From Squalus acanthias (taxonomy: Eukaryota): DNA of 64,000 nt. A program made the translations under genes and the position numbers. A model generated the notes under the pieces. It had not been told where the DNA came from and ran no database searches. It was given only the letters and a program-made list of their open reading frames with translations. The DNA is taken from the NCBI GenBank assembly GCA_030390025.1, contig CM059441.1, forward strand, positions 20,770,001-20,834,000. Direction: 5' to 3'. Every line of letters starts with the position of its first letter. The stretch's first letter is position 1. Positions 61,124 through 64,000 of this stretch are shown here, piece after piece.

Positions 61124-63937
61124 ATGGCAAGGCTGGATGGCATTTATTTTAATGCAAGGAGTCTTACGAGTAAGGCAGATGAATTGAAGGTGTTGATGAA
61201 CATATGGGAGTATGATATTGTTGCTATCACAGAGACATGGTTGAGGGAGGGGCAGGACTGGCAGCTCAATATTCCGGGGTATAGAATCTTCAGGCGAGAC
61301 AGAGGGGGGTGTAAAAGAGGAGGGGGTGTTGCAATATTAATCAAGGAGTCAATTACTGCTGTAAGGAGGGATGATATCGTAGCAGGTTCCTCTAATGAGG
61401 CCATATGTGTAGAACTTAATAACAAAAAGGGGGTAAGCACTTTGCTGGGAGTATACTATAGACCCCCAAACAGTCAGGGGGAGATAGAGGAACAGATATG
61501 TAGGCAAATCTCAGAGGAGTGTAGAAATAATAGGGTAATAATAGTAGGGGATTTCAACTTCCCCAATATTAACTGGGATAGTCAGAGTGTGAAAGGCTTA
61601 GAGGGTGCGGAATTCTTAAAGTGCATCCAGGAGAGCTTTTTGAGCCAGCATGTAGAAAGTCCTACAAGAGAGGGGGCGGTACTGGACCTAATTCTAGGGA
61701 ATGTAGCCAGGCAAGTGGTAGAAGTGTCAGTAGGAGAGCATTTTGGTGAAAGTGACCATAATTCGGTAAGATTTAAGGTAGTCATGGAAAAGGACAAAGA
61801 TGGACTGGAAATAAAGGTTCTAAATTGGGGGAAGGCCGATTTTAATATGATAAGGCAGGATCTGGCCAAAGTGGACTGGGATCAGCTACTTGTAGGAAAA
61901 TCCACATCAGAGCAGTGGGAGTCATTCAGAAAGGAAATAGAGAGAGTACAGTGCCAACATGTTCCCGTAAAGGTCAAGGGTGGGACCAACAAGTCCAGGG
62001 AACCCTGGATGTCAAGGGATATACAAGAATGGATTAGGAAAAAAAGGGAGGCTTTTGGCAGATACAAAGGACTAAAAACAGTGGAAGCCCTAGAGGAGTA
62101 TAGAAAGTGCAGGGGGGTACTTAAAAATGAAATTAGGAGAGCGAAGAGGGGGCATGAAAAAACACTGGTGGGCAAAATAAAGGAAAATCCCAAGGTGTTT
62201 TATAAGTATATTAAGGGCAAGAGGATAACCAGGGAAAGAGTAGTGCCCATTAGGGACTAAAGTGGCAATCTGTGTGTAGAGCCGGAAGATGTAGGTGAGG
62301 TTTTAAATGAATATTTTGCATCTGTGTTCATGATGGAGAAGGATGATGTAGGCATAGAAATCAGGCAGGGGGATTGTGATATACTTGAACAAATTAGCAT
62401 TGAGAGGGAGGAGGTACTAGCGGTTTTAGTGGGCTTAAAAGTGGCTAAATCCCCAGGCCCAGACGAGATGTATCCCAGGCTGCTGTGTGAGGCAAGGGAG
62501 GAGATTGCAGGGGCTCTGACACAAATTTTCAGAACCTCTCTGGCCACAGGGGAGGTGCCAGAGGACTGGAGGACAGCTAACATTGTACCATTATTCAAGA
62601 AGGGTAGTAGGGATAAACCAGGGAATTACAGGCCAGTGAGCCTAACATCAGTGGTAGGGAAATTATTGGAAAAAATTCTGAGGGACAGAATTAGTCTCCA
62701 CTGTGAGAGGCAAGGATTAATCAAGGACAGTCAGCATGGCTTTGTCAGGGGGAGATCATGTCTAACCAATTTGATTGAATTTTTTGAGGAGGTGACTAGG
62801 TGTGTGGATGAGGGTAGTGTAGTTGATGTAGTCTACATGGACTTCAGTAAGGCTTTTGACAAAGTCCCGCATGGGAGACTGTTCAAGAAGGTAAGAGCCC
62901 ATGGGATCCAGGGCAATTTGGCACATTGGATCCAAAATTGGCTTAGTGGCAGGAGGCAGAGGGTGATGGTCGAAGGTTGTTTTTGTGACTGGAACCCTGT
63001 GTCCAGTGGTGTACCGCAGGGATCGGTGCTGGGTCCCTTGCTGTTTGTAGTGTACATTAATGATTTAGATATGAATGTAGGAGGTATGATCAGTAAGTTC
63101 GCAGATGACACGAAAATTGGTGGAGTGGTAAATAGCGAGGAGGGAAGCCTCAGGCTACAGGACGATATAGATGGGTTGGTCAGATGGGCAGAACAGTGGC
63201 AAATGGAATTTAACCCTGAAAAGTGTGAGGTGATGCATTCTGGGAGGACTAACAAGGCAAGGGAATACACAATGAATGGTAGGACCCTAGGAAGGACAGA
63301 GGATCAGAGTGACCTTGGTGTGCATGTACATAGATCCCTGAAGGCAGCAGGACAGGTAGATAAGGTGGTTAAGAAGGCATATGGGATACTTGCCTTCATT
63401 AGCCGAGGCATAGAATATAAGAGCATGGAGGTTATGATGGAGCTGTACAAAACACTAGTTAGGCCACAGCTGGAATACTGTGTGCAGTTCTGGTCGCCAC
63501 ACTATCGGAGGGATGTGATTGCATTGGAGAGGGTGCAGAGGAGATTCACCAGGATGTTACCTGGGCTGGAGCGTTTCAGCTATGAAGAGAGACTGGACAG
63601 GCTGGGGTTGTTTTCCTGAGAGCAGAGAAGGCTGAGGGGGGACCTGATTGAGGTGTACAAAATTATGAGGGGCATAGATAGGGTAGATAGAAAGGAACTT
63701 TTCCCCTTAATAGAGGGGTCAATAACCAGGGGGCATAGTTTCAAGGTAAGGGGCAGGAGGTTTAGAGGGGATTTGAGGAAAAACTTTTTCACCCAGAGGG
63801 TGGTTGGAATCTGGACCTCACTGCCTCAAAGGGTGGTAGAGGCAGGAACCCTCACAACATTCAAGAAGCATTTAGATGAGCACTTGAAACGCCATAGCAT
63901 ACAAGGCTACGGACCAAGTGCTGGAAAATGGGATTAG
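61124..63937 (+). pseudogene. CR1 ORF2 (APE endonuclease + reverse transcriptase), two in-frame stops
   Basis: NARSL, ITETW, GDFN, SDH; NYRPVSLTS, DFSKAFDKV, GVPQGSVLGP, FADD; stops at 62258-62260 and 63617-63619; the three ORF pieces are in the same frame. Confidence 0.95.
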
Positions 63938-64000
63938 AATAGACAGGGTTTGATGGCCGGCGCAGACACGACGGGCCGAAGGGCCTCTTTCTGTGCTGTA

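Larger units (their letters stand above)
58729..64000 (+). mobile_element. Near full-length CR1 LINE (5'UTR, ORF1, ORF2, 3'UTR running off the window)
   Basis: CpG-rich 5'UTR; ORF1 with zinc finger and SGNH esterase; ORF2 with APE endonuclease and RT (FADD); CR1-type 3' hairpin region at the window end. Confidence 0.96.

Overview
Vertebrate genomic DNA, almost certainly a cartilaginous fish (shark), inferred from SacSINE1-like DeuSINEs, an HE1-like V-SINE, CR1 LINEs and Penelope elements. It is not prokaryotic, and most entries in the ORF track are spurious or transposon-derived. Host genes: two tandem minus-strand paralogous single-IgV receptors of the CD300/pIgR-like family, assembled by hand from splice sites. 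Gene B is complete (44154->31848, 4 coding exons, 175 aa) with an Arg-containing transmembrane helix and essentially no cytoplasmic tail. Gene A (10952->3570) has leader, IgV and stalk exons; its TM exon was not found and probably lies left of the window. Most of the remainder is transposable elements: an apparently intact autonomous PIF/Harbinger (50742-55013; spliced Myb/SANT gene plus DDE transposase) with decayed and deleted relatives and MITEs; a near full-length CR1 (58729-64000) whose ORF1 is split by a solo LTR; an internally deleted Mag-type Gypsy element (22060-24999); two more solo LTRs; L2, Zenon-like and Vingi LINE fragments; three SINE families each sharing a 3' tail with a LINE in the window; and Penelope remnants carrying minimal hammerhead ribozymes with palindromic stem III. 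The most notable signals are the hammerheads (one sense in an intron of gene A), the Arg-TM receptor, independent tandem-repeat expansions at the same intronic site in two Harbinger copies, and strong GGTAAGT enrichment in Harbinger-type MITEs. TE boundaries marked '~' are approximate; no database searches were run.
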